From the NCBI GenBank assembly GCA_963832325.1, contig CAWHTR010000002.1:7113-71112 (forward strand): a stretch of DNA of 64,000 nt, in the 5' to 3' direction. The notes beneath the pieces are model-generated. The model saw only the letters and a program-made list of their open reading frames with translations. It searched no databases and was not told the DNA's origin. The translations under genes and the position numbers were made by a program. Below, in pieces: positions 1-10,647 of this stretch (the first letter of the stretch is position 1; each line of letters opens with the position of its first letter). The stretch comes from an uncultured Verrucomicrobiae bacterium. Lineage in GTDB: Bacteria > Verrucomicrobiota > Verrucomicrobiia > Chthoniobacterales > JAATET01.

Positions 1-617
1 GTATCCCCGGCGAGCGTCAGATCGACGTGCAGCTCCGAGCAGGGTCCGCACGGGCCGGTCTCGCCCATCATCCAAAAATTATCCGCCTTGTTCCCGTTCA
101 CGATCTGCACCGCCGGATCAAGTCCGACGCCGCGAAAGAGATCCGCCCAGATGTCCCACGCTTCCTGATCGAACTCACTGGGATCTCCCTCCCCGGGAGC
201 GTAAACCGTCGCGTAGATCCGCTCCGCCGGAAACTTCCACGTTCCCACCACCAACTCCCAGGCCCACTCGATCGCCTCGCGTTTGAAGTAGTCCCCGAAA
301 CTCCAGTTCCCCAACATTTCGAAAAACGTCTGGTGGTAGGTGTCCAACCCGACATCCTCGAGATCGTTGTGTTTCCCGCCCGCGCGGATGCATTTCTGCG
401 TATCCGTCGCCCGCGTGTCCCGCCCCGGCACGCCCCCCGCCCACCGACTCACGTCCGCCGCTTTCTGACCCAGAAAGATCGGCACGAATTGATTCATCCC
501 CGCGTTCGTGAAGAGCAAATTCGGCGAATCCGGCATCAGGCTCGATGACGGCACCACCGAATGTCCCTTCGCGGCAAAAAAATCCAAATACGACTGCCGA
601 ATTTCAGAACTGGTCAT
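1..617 (-). CDS. alaS: Alanine--tRNA ligase, N-terminal part (gene runs off the left edge)
   Basis: Not in the ORF track because there is no stop in the window. Reverse complement from ATG at 617 reads [44 protein letters not shown]...[18 protein letters not shown]...[15 protein letters not shown], the classic AlaRS N-terminus. Track ORF 27..548(+) is its shadow. Confidence 0.93.
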   Translation of the reverse strand, partial: MTSSEIRQSYLDFFAAKGHSVVPSSSLMPDSPNLLFTNAGMNQFVPIFLGQKAADVSRWAGGVPGRDTRATDTQKCIRAGGKHNDLEDVGLDTYHQTFFEMLGNWSFGDYFKREAIEWAWELVVGTWKFPAERIYATVYAPGEGDPSEFDQEAWDIWADLFRGVGLDPAVQIVNGNKADNFWMMGETGPCGPCSELHVDLTLAGD

Positions 618-689
618 CCCAAAAACCGTAAGCGTTCCCCGACCCCGATAGCAACCTCCGGCAAGTTGACCGCCGCCATTTCCATCACC

Positions 690-1682
690 CTAGATCTCGG
701 GAATCAAATCCACCGTCTCCCCAAGCGGGAATTCCACCCCGTCCCCCGCCAGCCCCTCACCATCAATCCGCAGTTCCATCTCCGCAACGCCGTCCAGCTC
801 CCCTTCCCCCTCCGAGATCACTTCCACCCGCCGCCCGCGCCAGACGGCATCCCCCTCCTCCGTCCGCTCGACTCCGCCGACAAACCGCACAGCCGCCCGC
901 GGCGTCCCGCCCGTCGTCACCACCGTCATCACCTCGTCATCACGATCCGCCCCGCGCGACACCACCATCCGCGCCGCCGCCCCCCGGACCGTCCCCTCGT
1001 AAGCCAGCCCCGTCGCCAACCGCTCCTTCAACGCACCTTCCGCCGCCACCGCCCGCCGCTCGAACTCCGCCAACCAATCCGCCCGCATCGTCTCCAGACC
1101 GTCCACGACCAAAGCCATTTCCGCCACCGCCCGGGCCGCCCCGTCCGTGCCCTCCACCGGGATCTCCGGCCGGACCACCGCCGCTCCCGCCACCTCCAGC
1201 GTATTCCCCGACTCCTCGATCACCCAACCGCCCTCCAACGTTGGCCGCATTTCCAGCGAGACCAAAGCCGGCAACACCGCTCCCACCGGCACCTCCACCC
1301 GCTTTAACAGGAACCCATACCTCGCCTGCTGCCACGTCCGCTCCACCGCCGTCCGCAGCGCTTCCCCCTCGGGCAAACGCTCCACAGCCCACGCCCGCAC
1401 CGCGTCCAGCCTCAACGCCAACGCCCCACCCGCCTCCGTCCCAAACCCGTCAAAAATCGTCACCGTCTCCCGCAGCGTCCGGTACCGCACCGGCACGTTC
1501 GTCCGAAATCTCCCCTCGCCAATCGCCTCGATCGGAAACTCCCCCGTGATCTCCACCAGCACGGTGTTCTCCGGCGGATTCGCCGCGACGAAATCCCGAA
1601 CCATCTCACCCCGCCGATCCGAGCACCCGACCACCGCAATGGCCAGCAACCCCAGAAGCATTCCCCTCACCCAAACCATCAC
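690..1682 (-). CDS. Hypothetical lipoprotein
   Basis: N-terminus MMVWVRGMLLGLLAIAVVGCS is a signal peptide plus lipobox Cys. No family recognised. Confidence 0.6.
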   Translation of the reverse strand: MMVWVRGMLLGLLAIAVVGCSDRRGEMVRDFVAANPPENTVLVEITGEFPIEAIGEGRFRTNVPVRYRTLRETVTIFDGFGTEAGGALALRLDAVRAWAVERLPEGEALRTAVERTWQQARYGFLLKRVEVPVGAVLPALVSLEMRPTLEGGWVIEESGNTLEVAGAAVVRPEIPVEGTDGAARAVAEMALVVDGLETMRADWLAEFERRAVAAEGALKERLATGLAYEGTVRGAAARMVVSRGADRDDEVMTVVTTGGTPRAAVRFVGGVERTEEGDAVWRGRRVEVISEGEGELDGVAEMELRIDGEGLAGDGVEFPLGETVDLIPEI

Positions 1683-1688
1683 GATCCC

Positions 1689-2255
1689 TTATTGACCCAA
1701 CAGCCCACTCTTGAGAGCCGCCGCCGCCGGCTTCGACCCGAAAAACAAACTCAGAAACGCCTTCTGAAAATTCCGTCCCTTCACCGACCCTTTGTAAGTC
1801 CCCACGTCGTAAACCATGGTCTCTTCGCCCACCAACACCACCCGCTGCGTCTCACCCTCGCCAATCGGATCGAACAAACCGACGAATTTTGCCTGATCGT
1901 CCGCGAACCCCGGGTAGGAATCCGTCACGCTGAAGGCGAACTGCTTGTTCCACCCGTCGTCGACCTGTCCCTGATTCGCCGACCGCAGGAACGTAAATTG
2001 AAACTCCAGCGGCCCCTCCGAGTTCATCACCGCGTCCGCCGTCGCTAGCGCTTCCGGTGCAAAAAACGCCGCGACGTAAACCTTGATCGGAATGAACGCC
2101 AACTTCACCGACCGCACCCCCGTGCCGTTCAGCGAAAGCGACTTCCCCTGGACCGCCACCGACTCCGGCACGTCCACGCCTTCGACCGTCCTCGCGAACA
2201 ACGACCCGCCGGCAAATACCGCGACCGCCAGAATCGCTCCAACCAATATCTTCAT
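1689..2255 (-). CDS. Chalcone-isomerase-like periplasmic protein
   Basis: Signal peptide MKILVGAILAVAVFAGG. The VKLAFIPIKVYVAAFF / FQFTFLR pattern is typical of bacterial chalcone-isomerase-like proteins (recognised from memory). Confidence 0.6.
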   Translation of the reverse strand: MKILVGAILAVAVFAGGSLFARTVEGVDVPESVAVQGKSLSLNGTGVRSVKLAFIPIKVYVAAFFAPEALATADAVMNSEGPLEFQFTFLRSANQGQVDDGWNKQFAFSVTDSYPGFADDQAKFVGLFDPIGEGETQRVVLVGEETMVYDVGTYKGSVKGRNFQKAFLSLFFGSKPAAAALKSGLLGQ

Positions 2256-2295
2256 CCACCAGATTTAGCGCCCATCCCCGCCCCGCACAAATTCA

Positions 2296-3078
2296 TTGCA
2301 CGCCACCCTCCTCATTTTCGTATATCTCTCCTCCGTGATCGACCGATTTGCCCTCCTCGCCACCCTGCCGCTTCTCGCCCTCCTCGCCAGCTGCGCCTCC
2401 GTCACCGCCGTCAAGACCGACGCCGAACCGACCGCCTCCCCCACCGAACTCCCGGCGAAAATCTACGTCCGCGACTTCGCCGCGCCGGCCGCGAATCTCC
2501 GCGCCGACCGCGAGGGCGAGCGGCTCGCCGCCTTCCAGCGGGACATCACCACCAAGCTCACCAATTTTCTGGTCCAAAAACTAGACCGCAGCGTCGCCCC
2601 AGCCGCCCCGCTCGAGGCCGACGCCGACCTCCCGACCGGCAAGGCCTGGCTCATCACGGGCGAGTTCGACCGGGTCAACCAAGGCAGCCGCGTCCTCCGC
2701 GCCGGGATCGGCTTCGGTGCCGGTGGCACCAAAGTCGTCGCCACCGCCAACGTTTACGACCTTTCGACCAACCCACCGACCCCCCTCTTCGCCGTCCGCA
2801 CCAGCGGCGGCTCCAACGCCATGCCAGGCATCATCCTGAACGCGAATCCCCTCACCGTCGCGGGTCCCATCATCTTCGGCATCGGCGGAGCCATCGCCGG
2901 AGGCGGCGTCGGCCTCCTCCCGGGTCTCACCGCCGATCTCCGTCGCACCGCTCGCGAGATCACCGCCACCATCTCCGCCTACTCGGCCAACCAAGGCTGG
3001 ATCTCCGAAGAGCGGGCGATGAACCCCAAGCGCCCCGGCACCGGAGCCGTCCGCTTCGCCGATCCCAAGCGAAAATAG
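2296..3078 (+). CDS. Hypothetical lipoprotein (DUF4410-like?)
   Basis: Track start is TTG at 2296. GTG at 2335 is more likely (VIDRFALLATLPLLALLASCAS, lipobox). C-terminal half is Gly-rich. The family name is from memory and unverified. Confidence 0.6.
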   Translation: MHATLLIFVYLSSVIDRFALLATLPLLALLASCASVTAVKTDAEPTASPTELPAKIYVRDFAAPAANLRADREGERLAAFQRDITTKLTNFLVQKLDRSVAPAAPLEADADLPTGKAWLITGEFDRVNQGSRVLRAGIGFGAGGTKVVATANVYDLSTNPPTPLFAVRTSGGSNAMPGIILNANPLTVAGPIIFGIGGAIAGGGVGLLPGLTADLRRTAREITATISAYSANQGWISEERAMNPKRPGTGAVRFADPKRK

Positions 3079-3090
3079 CCGAACCTCCCC

Positions 3091-4065
3091 CTAAATCACC
3101 CGATTCGCCAGAGCCTCACCCGCGACGAAACGCCGCAGGTTCGCGGCGAAATGCTCGACGAGAGCGAGCGTCTCATCCCCCCGCCCACCGGCAATGTGCG
3201 GCGTGATGTGGCAATTTCCCACCGACCGAAGTGGATGATCTCCGTCCAACGGCTCCGGCTCCGTCACGTCCAGCCAAGCCGCACCGAGCGCCCCCGAGCG
3301 CAGCGCCGCTTCGAGCGCCACCTGATCCACCGTCGTCCCTCGTCCGATGTTGTAGAACGCCGCCCCCCGCTTGATCGCGCCGAGCCTTTTCGCATCGAAG
3401 AATCCTCCCGTTTCCGCGCTCGCCGGCAGGATGTTCACCACGTGATCCGCCCGGCCAAGTTCCACCTCCACATCCTCGTCCGTTGCCACCACCCTCACTC
3501 CCTCGTCACCCCGCGCCCGCCGCCGAAACGCCACGACCTCCGCCCCAAACGGCCGCAACAGCTCGACCAGCCTCCGCCCAATCGCGCCGTATCCCACGAC
3601 GAGAATCCGATCTGCCCGCAGCGTGCCACAATCCGCCCGCAGACCATTCCATTCGTCCGACCCATTCTCGCAACCATTCCCCAACGCCCGCGGCAGCACC
3701 CGCACCTGCGCCAGCAGAAATCCCAGCACGTGCACCGCGCAGGCCTCCGCGTAAACGTCCGAGCTGTTCGTCACGGCCACGCCCGCTTTCCCCATCGCCC
3801 CCCGAAACGCCGCGTTGTCGTACCGCGTGATCCCCGCCGAACTCACCTGCACCCACCGCAACTGATTCGACGCCATCAGGGCCTCAGGATCTGGCTGACC
3901 GAAGACCACCTCCGCATCGCCAACCCTCGGATCAATCGCCCCCGCCGCCAGCACCGACGTCGAACGATTCTCCGCCGAGATCACCTCGTGCCCTGCGGTC
4001 GCCTCCCGAAAAACCGCCCCCGCCCGCTCCGACATCTCGAAATCCACAAAAATCCGCATCCCCAC
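3091..4065 (-). CDS. D-isomer-specific 2-hydroxyacid dehydrogenase (NAD-binding)
   Basis: Rossmann motif VGYGAIGRRLVELLRPFGAEVVAF and the catalytic-His region NCHITPHIAGG. Confidence 0.85.
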   Translation of the reverse strand: MGMRIFVDFEMSERAGAVFREATAGHEVISAENRSTSVLAAGAIDPRVGDAEVVFGQPDPEALMASNQLRWVQVSSAGITRYDNAAFRGAMGKAGVAVTNSSDVYAEACAVHVLGFLLAQVRVLPRALGNGCENGSDEWNGLRADCGTLRADRILVVGYGAIGRRLVELLRPFGAEVVAFRRRARGDEGVRVVATDEDVEVELGRADHVVNILPASAETGGFFDAKRLGAIKRGAAFYNIGRGTTVDQVALEAALRSGALGAAWLDVTEPEPLDGDHPLRSVGNCHITPHIAGGRGDETLALVEHFAANLRRFVAGEALANRVI

Positions 4066-4077
4066 CCAATAGGCGCA

Positions 4078-4875
4078 TCACCCCCACCGATCAACCCCGA
4101 CCCAAACACCACCCCCGCTCGCCGCCCCATCCCCGCACCCACCCCGCTCAATCAACCGCTGCGCAAACCAGAACTTTCCCAGCGCCAGCTCAAGAAATGC
4201 CCCCCGCGACACTCCCGCCAATCGCATCACCCGCCCGTGCCCCACCCACACGGCCCCGCAGACGACCAGATAGAAGGCCAACTCCAACCTCCCGATCCCC
4301 CACCGCACCCAACCCGGCAGACCCCGTCGCGCGACCGCCAAATGCTCGCATTGAAACTGAATGTGCCGCACCTCCTCCCGCAGGATCCGTTCGCAATCCG
4401 ACCGCAACCGCGGGCACGTCGTGATCCGCCGCACCGACGCGTAGTAGATCTCCGCCATCGACTCCACCATCACGACCACCGACGCCCACACGGCGTAATT
4501 CGGAATCGCGTACCGACACCCGCGAAACAATCCGTCGCCCAGATCCCGCGACTTCCGCAGGATGCCCACCCGGTCCAGCCATTCCCCCAGCGCCGCCCCG
4601 TGCCGCTGCTCCTCCCTGATAAATAGATTCACCGCCTCCAGAAATTCCGGGTCCTCGTGCGCCGACGCGTATTGCCGCGCCGCCGCCCTCAGATGCCGTC
4701 CGTCCGAAGTCTCCCCCAGCTGCCACGCCGGCAGCGAACCGGCCAAAGCCCGCCGGACCGTCGTCGGCATCGTCTTCTCCGCCGGCGGTTTAAAATCCTC
4801 GCTCGTCACGCTCAACGCGTTCTTTCGGAAATACGCGATCCACTCGCGCGAAGTCAGCAATCGGTTCGTTTTCAT
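4078..4875 (-). CDS. Ferritin-like / di-iron carboxylate protein
   Basis: Two ExxH motifs (REEQRHG and REEVRHI) about 95 aa apart. Exact family unknown. Confidence 0.55.
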   Translation of the reverse strand: MKTNRLLTSREWIAYFRKNALSVTSEDFKPPAEKTMPTTVRRALAGSLPAWQLGETSDGRHLRAAARQYASAHEDPEFLEAVNLFIREEQRHGAALGEWLDRVGILRKSRDLGDGLFRGCRYAIPNYAVWASVVVMVESMAEIYYASVRRITTCPRLRSDCERILREEVRHIQFQCEHLAVARRGLPGWVRWGIGRLELAFYLVVCGAVWVGHGRVMRLAGVSRGAFLELALGKFWFAQRLIERGGCGDGAASGGGVWVGVDRWG

Positions 4876-5006
4876 CCGGGAATGATTCCGCTCACCCGTG
4901 AACCGCTGATGAAGCTCCGGTGAATATTCAGTGAATTGCCTTCACCCCTTTGCGTCCTTTGCGTCCTTCTGTTCCTCACGCATTGTATCGTATTCGTATT
5001 CCTCGC

Positions 5007-5768
5007 ATGTCACCCGCAATCGCCACCGACAACCTCACCCGCGCTTTCGACGGCATGAACGCCGTGGACTCCCTCACGCTCTCCGTCGCACCCGGCACCT
5101 TCTACGGGTTCCTCGGCCCCAACGGCGCGGGCAAATCCACGACCATCAAAATGCTCACCGGCCTCCTCGCTCCCACCGCCGGCAGCATCTCCCTCCTCGG
5201 CCACGATCTCGCCGATCCGGTCGCCGCGCGCGCCGTCAAATCCCGCATCGGTGTCGTCCCGGAGAACCTCGCCCTCTTCGACAACCTCACCGGGAGCGAA
5301 TACCTCACCTTCGTCGGCCGCATGCACAAATTACCCAACGACACCATCCGCACCCGCCGCGAAGAACTCCTCGCCGTCATGCAACTCGACCACCAGCGGG
5401 GAAAGCTCACCGTCGAATACAGCCACGGCATGAAGAAAAAGCTCTCCCTCGCCGCCGCGCTCATCGCCCGTCCCGACCTCCTCTTCCTCGACGAACCCTT
5501 CGAAGGCGTCGACGCCGTTTCCGCCCGCATCCTCCGCGACATGCTCCGCCGCGCCTGCGCCCGCGGAGCCACCGTCTTCGTCACCTCCCACGTCCTCGAA
5601 ATCGTGGAAAAACTCTGCACCACCGTCGGCATCATCGCCCACGGCCAACTCGTCTATGAAGCCACGATGGAAACCATCGCTGCCACCGGATCCCTGGAAG
5701 ATCGATTCCTCCAAGCCGTTGGCACCGAGGACGCCGACCTCGGTCGCCTCTCCTGGCTCGACGAGTAA
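5007..5768 (+). CDS. ABC transporter ATP-binding protein
   Basis: Walker A GPNGAGKST and Walker B region LSLAAALIARPDLLFLDEP. ATG 5007 (MSPAIATDNLTRAF) is preferred over track start 4950. Confidence 0.9.
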   Translation: MSPAIATDNLTRAFDGMNAVDSLTLSVAPGTFYGFLGPNGAGKSTTIKMLTGLLAPTAGSISLLGHDLADPVAARAVKSRIGVVPENLALFDNLTGSEYLTFVGRMHKLPNDTIRTRREELLAVMQLDHQRGKLTVEYSHGMKKKLSLAAALIARPDLLFLDEPFEGVDAVSARILRDMLRRACARGATVFVTSHVLEIVEKLCTTVGIIAHGQLVYEATMETIAATGSLEDRFLQAVGTEDADLGRLSWLDE

Positions 5769-5881
5769 CGTCCACGGAATGTCGGAAATGGCCTGTCCGC
5801 ACCACCCTTCCCGTTTGTAGTCTCTGCAACCACTCTTACCTTCAGCTCAGGACCGTCTTCACCTCCCCCGCCGTCCCCACC

Positions 5882-7570
5882 ATGGACACCGCCCAATTCC
5901 GCACCATTCTCTGGCTCCGCTGGCGGTTGGCCGTCAACCAATGGACCCGCAACAGCGGCTTCGGAGCCGTCGTCGCCACCCTCCTCGGGGCCGGCGCCAC
6001 CCTCGCCGCCCTCTCGTCGCTCGCCACCGGCATCCTCGTCGGCTCCACCGCGCTCACCAAGGCCTCCCCCGACATGCTCCTGCTCGTCTGGGACGTCGTC
6101 GTCGCGGTGTTTCTCTTCTTTTGGGTCATCGGCATCGCCAGCGAACTCCAGCGCTCCGAGATCGTCGACCTCCCACGCCTCATGCACCTCCCGGTTTCCC
6201 TCCGCGAGGCTTTCCTCATCAACTACCTCGCCTCCCACGTTACCCTCAGCCTCATCATCGTCGCTCCCGCCATGGCCGGACTCGTCATCGGCCTCACCTT
6301 CGCCCGCGGCCCGCAATTCCCCCTCATCGCCTTCCCCGCCTTCGGTCTCCTCTTCGCCGTCACCGCCTGGACCTACTGCCTGCGCGGCTGGCTCTCCGCA
6401 CTCATGATCAATGCCCGCCGCAAACGCGCGATCATCGTCTGGGTCACCATCGGCGTCATGCTCGTCGCCCAGGCCCCGAACCTCTACTTCAACCTCGTCC
6501 GCGACACCGACGCCCCGGTCAGTTGGACCGGCGACGCCGCCCTCTCCGCGAACCTCGACACCGCGCACCGCTTACTCCCGCCGCTCTGGGTCGGGTTCTC
6601 CGCCCGCGCCCTCGCCAACGACGCCAACTGGCTGCCCGCCGTTCTCTCCGGCTGGGGCCTCTTTCTTCTCGCCGCCCTGGGATTCAACCAGGCCTATCGC
6701 TCCACGGTCCGCTTCTACGCCGGATCCAACGATGGCTCAAAAAAAACCACCCGCCGCCCCGCCGCCGATTCTTTCGCCTTCCTCGAGCGATCCATTCCGG
6801 GCGTGACCGACGACGTGGCCGCCGTCGCCACCAGCACCCTCCGCTGCATCGCCCGCTCCCCGGAGTTGAAGATGGCTCTCGGCAGCGCCGTCGCGATGGT
6901 CGTCGTCTTCGCCGTCCTCTTTCTCCATCCGGAATCCGACGTCCTCCCCAATTCCCTCCGCCCTTGGTCTCTCTTTGGCGGCATCACCCTCGCGCTCATG
7001 ATCGTCAACCAGCTCTACGCCAACCAATTCGGAGCCGATCGCGACGGCTTCCGCTCCTACGTCCTCGCTCCGATTTCGGGGCGAGATTTACTCCTCGGCA
7101 AAAACCTCGCGCTTCTCCCGGTGATCCTTTCGCTCATCACCATCCTTCTCAGCCTCCTGGCCACCGTCTGGGGGACCCCCATCAGCGCCTTGGTGGAAGC
7201 CCTCTTCCAAGGAGCTGCGGCCACCCTGCTCGTCCTCACCGCCGGCAACGCGACCTCCATCTTCCTTCCCTACCACATCGTCCCCGGCACCCTCAAACCC
7301 ACCAAGACCTCCCCCCAGGTCATGGTCGCCCTGGTCCTCTTCACCTTCATCCTTCCGATCCTCCTCCTCCCCGTCGCCGCGCCGCTCATTGCCGAGACCA
7401 TCCTGACGGTGGCCCTCGGCACACCCGCACCCTGGATCGGCCTCGTCGGTTCGCCCTTGATCCTCATCGCGACCGGCACCCTCTACACCCTCACCCTCCG
7501 ACCCCTCGGAGCTGCCCTGGAGGCTCGTCAACTCAAGATTCTCAACGCCGTCACCCACGCCGTCGAATAG
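5882..7570 (+). CDS. Polytopic membrane protein, putative ABC exporter permease partner
   Basis: 562-aa very hydrophobic ORF with many TM stretches, 114 nt downstream of the ATPase. Assigned by context. Confidence 0.65.
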   Translation: MDTAQFRTILWLRWRLAVNQWTRNSGFGAVVATLLGAGATLAALSSLATGILVGSTALTKASPDMLLLVWDVVVAVFLFFWVIGIASELQRSEIVDLPRLMHLPVSLREAFLINYLASHVTLSLIIVAPAMAGLVIGLTFARGPQFPLIAFPAFGLLFAVTAWTYCLRGWLSALMINARRKRAIIVWVTIGVMLVAQAPNLYFNLVRDTDAPVSWTGDAALSANLDTAHRLLPPLWVGFSARALANDANWLPAVLSGWGLFLLAALGFNQAYRSTVRFYAGSNDGSKKTTRRPAADSFAFLERSIPGVTDDVAAVATSTLRCIARSPELKMALGSAVAMVVVFAVLFLHPESDVLPNSLRPWSLFGGITLALMIVNQLYANQFGADRDGFRSYVLAPISGRDLLLGKNLALLPVILSLITILLSLLATVWGTPISALVEALFQGAAATLLVLTAGNATSIFLPYHIVPGTLKPTKTSPQVMVALVLFTFILPILLLPVAAPLIAETILTVALGTPAPWIGLVGSPLILIATGTLYTLTLRPLGAALEARQLKILNAVTHAVE

Positions 7571-7640
7571 CCTACCGGCTCACCCCCATCAACAAAATCG
7601 ACCCCGCCCAAATCGGCGAAGTCGATTCTCCCGCCGTCCC

Positions 7641-9329
7641 CTAATTCGACACGAAGACCGGCATCTTCCGCCCCTTGAACTTCAGCCCGTTGCACTCCGC
7701 GATCACTTCCTGAACGGCCTCGTCCGCGACGTCCACCGTCGTGTGTTTGTCCGACAGCACGATCGCACCAATCTTCTCTTTCCCGAACTGAGTCTGACCC
7801 GTGATCATTCCCACGATGTCCGCCGGCCGCATCTTGCTCAGCTTTCCGGCCATGAACACCAACCGCGTCATCCCCGGTTCCGCTTCCTGATTCGCCCGGT
7901 CCCGTCCCCCACGATCCCGCGGCGGCCTCGAATCCCGGTCACCGCGTTCGCGGAAATCATCGCGCCCACCCCGGTCGCCGCGATCCTTGGACCCACGCGA
8001 ATCCCGTTCCTGGATTTCCTCCGTCGGACCCGCTCCCTTCCGCTCGCTCATCAGCAGATGCAGCAGCGCACTCGCGATGTCCGTCGGCGTGTGACCCTGA
8101 TCCAATAACCGGTCGATCAAATCGTCCTGCCGGGGGAAATCCCCGCCTTCCAAAGTCTCCTTCAGCTGCTCGAACGTCACGTTCGCCCGCTTCTCCTCCA
8201 ATTGCTCGATCGTCGGCACCCGCTCGCGCCGAATCCGGCCGCCGGTGTAATGAATCATGCTCTCCAACTTCCGCACCTCGCGCCCCGCGACGAACGTGAT
8301 CGCCCGCCCGCTCCGCCCGGCCCGTCCCGTCCGACCGATCCGGTGGACGTAATCCTCGCCGTCGTGCGGCAGGTCGTAGTTGAAGACGACCTCGATGTCA
8401 TCCACGTCCAACCCGCGCGCCGCCACGTCGGTGGCCACCAAAAACTCCACCCGCCGCTCGCGGAATCGCTTCATCACCCGCTCGCGTCCCACCTGCGTGA
8501 TGTCGCCGTGCAGCTTGTCCGCCACGTAACCCCGCGCCGTCAGGTGCTCGGTGAGCTGATCACACATCATCTTCGTCGCGCAGAAAATGATCGAACACTT
8601 CACGTCCTCCAGATCGATGATCCGGCACAACGCCTCCAACTTCGACCGCCGATCCACTTCGTAATAAATCTGATCAATCGCCGGAGCCGAAGCCGCCTTG
8701 GACTCGATCTTCAGCGTCACCGGGTCATTCGTGTAGCGCTTGACCAGTTCCTGAATCGCCCGCGGCATCGTCGCCGAGAAGAACACCGTCTGCCGGTCCG
8801 CCGGCGTCTGATCGAGGATCGTCTGGATGTCGTCGCGAAATCCCATGTCCAACATCCGGTCCGCCTCGTCCAACACCATCGTCGAGAGCTGATCCAGCTT
8901 GAGCGTCCCCCGCTCGAGGTGGTCCATCACCCGGCCCGGCGTTCCGATGATGATCTGAGCCCCATCACGCAACCCGCGATTCTGCCGGTCGTACGAAGCA
9001 CCACCGTAGATCGGCAACTCCGACACACCACGCTTCCCGGAGGCCAACTTTGCCACTTCCTCGGCCACCTGCACCGCCAACTCACGAGTCGGACACAGGA
9101 TCAAAGCCTGCGGCACCTTGTTGGCCGCATCCACCCGCTCGATCACCGGTATCGCGAAAGCCGCCGTCTTACCCGAACCCGTCTGCGACTGCCCCACCAC
9201 GTCCCGCCCCGTCATCAACACCGGAATCGCCTCCGACTGAATCGGAGACGCCTCCTCGAATCCCATCTTCTCGACCGCCCGCAGAACCTCGGGCGATAAC
9301 CCAAGTTCCGAAAATTTCTTCTTTTCCAT
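7641..9329 (-). CDS. deaD: DEAD-box ATP-dependent RNA helicase with DbpA-type C-terminal domain
   Basis: GQSQTGSGKTAAF, VLDEADRMLDMGF, SAT and HRIGRTGRAGRSG motifs. RD/RG-rich linker followed by a DbpA-like RNA-binding domain. Confidence 0.9.
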   Translation of the reverse strand: MEKKKFSELGLSPEVLRAVEKMGFEEASPIQSEAIPVLMTGRDVVGQSQTGSGKTAAFAIPVIERVDAANKVPQALILCPTRELAVQVAEEVAKLASGKRGVSELPIYGGASYDRQNRGLRDGAQIIIGTPGRVMDHLERGTLKLDQLSTMVLDEADRMLDMGFRDDIQTILDQTPADRQTVFFSATMPRAIQELVKRYTNDPVTLKIESKAASAPAIDQIYYEVDRRSKLEALCRIIDLEDVKCSIIFCATKMMCDQLTEHLTARGYVADKLHGDITQVGRERVMKRFRERRVEFLVATDVAARGLDVDDIEVVFNYDLPHDGEDYVHRIGRTGRAGRSGRAITFVAGREVRKLESMIHYTGGRIRRERVPTIEQLEEKRANVTFEQLKETLEGGDFPRQDDLIDRLLDQGHTPTDIASALLHLLMSERKGAGPTEEIQERDSRGSKDRGDRGGRDDFRERGDRDSRPPRDRGGRDRANQEAEPGMTRLVFMAGKLSKMRPADIVGMITGQTQFGKEKIGAIVLSDKHTTVDVADEAVQEVIAECNGLKFKGRKMPVFVSN

Positions 9330-9430
9330 CGGAGCTTCTAGTCAGGTCTCGCCTTCGACGGCGAGCACGAACGCGCGCCCGCCACCTCCCCGCAAACGTC
9401 CGTCCGCCTGACCAGCCACGATCTCCTGCC

Positions 9431-9883
9431 ATGACCAACGACGAAACGCTCAAGATCCTCGACGACCTCATTCAAACCGCCCGGGACGGGTCCGAGGGCT
9501 ACCGCCTCTCCGCCGACGCGGTCGAAGACGCCGACCTCTCGGCGATCTTCTCGACCTTCAGCTCCCAACGCGATGCCTTCGTGTCAGAACTCCAGGGTCT
9601 TGCCACCGGTTTCGGCGGGGATCCAACCGACTCGAGCACCGTCGCGGGCACGCTCCACCGTGGTTGGATCAACCTCACCCACGCGATCAGTTCCAACGAC
9701 CGCGCTGCCGTTCTCGCCGAATGCCAACGCGGCGACGAACACGCCGTCGAATCCTACGAAGACGCCATCGGCACGCCGCTCCCAGAATCCGTGCAGCAGA
9801 TCCTTCGCCTCCAGCTCACGTCCATTCGCGAAGCTCTGGAAAAAATTACCTCGCTCGCCGACCTCGGTCGCGCCGCTAGCTAA
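9431..9883 (+). CDS. PA2169/DUF2383-family four-helix-bundle protein
   Basis: ATG at 9431 lies inside a longer shadow ORF (9050..9883). MTNDETLKILDDLIQTARDGSEGY...ECQRGDEHAVESYEDAI is typical of this ferritin-like family. Confidence 0.7.
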   Translation: MTNDETLKILDDLIQTARDGSEGYRLSADAVEDADLSAIFSTFSSQRDAFVSELQGLATGFGGDPTDSSTVAGTLHRGWINLTHAISSNDRAAVLAECQRGDEHAVESYEDAIGTPLPESVQQILRLQLTSIREALEKITSLADLGRAAS

Positions 9884-9901
9884 CCAGCGCGCTCGTCGAC
9901 C

Positions 9902-10594
9902 CTAAGCGGCGACCTGATCGTCTTCGCTCCGCAGCGCCTCGGCCACGCCGCCAAACTTCGGATAGACGTACTTCGCCGCCGGCGACACCGTCGGCGTGAG
10001 ACCGAGCGCCTCGCTCAATCCCGCATCGCGCAGGAGCTTCAGCGACGCGTGCAGCAGGACAGAACCAATCCCACGACTCCGATACTCGTGCAAGATGCAC
10101 GGCCCGGTCAGCAGATGATTGACCGCGTCCGGCGTCGCGCTCAGCACCGACGCACCGATGATCCGCGTCCCGTGTTGCACGACCACGCAAAGCGGCGGCT
10201 CGGACGAAAAAGCCGTCTCGCATTTCTCCTCCAAACCTTCCAAATACACCCGGGAATCTTCGGTCCAACCCAAATCCTGGGAAAATGCCGTCAGCACCGT
10301 TCGCGACACGACCATCTCCTCCTCCGGCTCCGCCAACCGAAATGTGAAGGGGTCCAATGTCGGCTCAACGTCGGCGGGCAACCCTGCCAAATCCCACCGG
10401 AAAACTCTCCAATTATCGCGCATCAGCTCTTCTGGTGCTACGTTCCCAATCCCCGCCCGGATTGTTCGCAGTCCCGAAATTAAGAAACGTCTTCGTCGTT
10501 CCGGCAAACCCACCAAACGCATCCGAGCAGGGCGCTCGCCATCACCGTAAATGCCGTCAAAGTTATCATCTTCGCTGGCAGACTCTTCATCCAA
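9902..10594 (-). CDS. GNAT-family N-acetyltransferase
   Basis: Acetyl-CoA-binding motif LHEYRSRGIGSVLLHASLKLLRDAG in the C-terminal half. Confidence 0.75.
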   Translation of the reverse strand: MDEESASEDDNFDGIYGDGERPARMRLVGLPERRRRFLISGLRTIRAGIGNVAPEELMRDNWRVFRWDLAGLPADVEPTLDPFTFRLAEPEEEMVVSRTVLTAFSQDLGWTEDSRVYLEGLEEKCETAFSSEPPLCVVVQHGTRIIGASVLSATPDAVNHLLTGPCILHEYRSRGIGSVLLHASLKLLRDAGLSEALGLTPTVSPAAKYVYPKFGGVAEALRSEDDQVAA

Positions 10595-10647
10595 CGCCGT
10601 TGGTCAAACTTATTTGCATCACTGCGACAATTAATTTCCCGAAACGT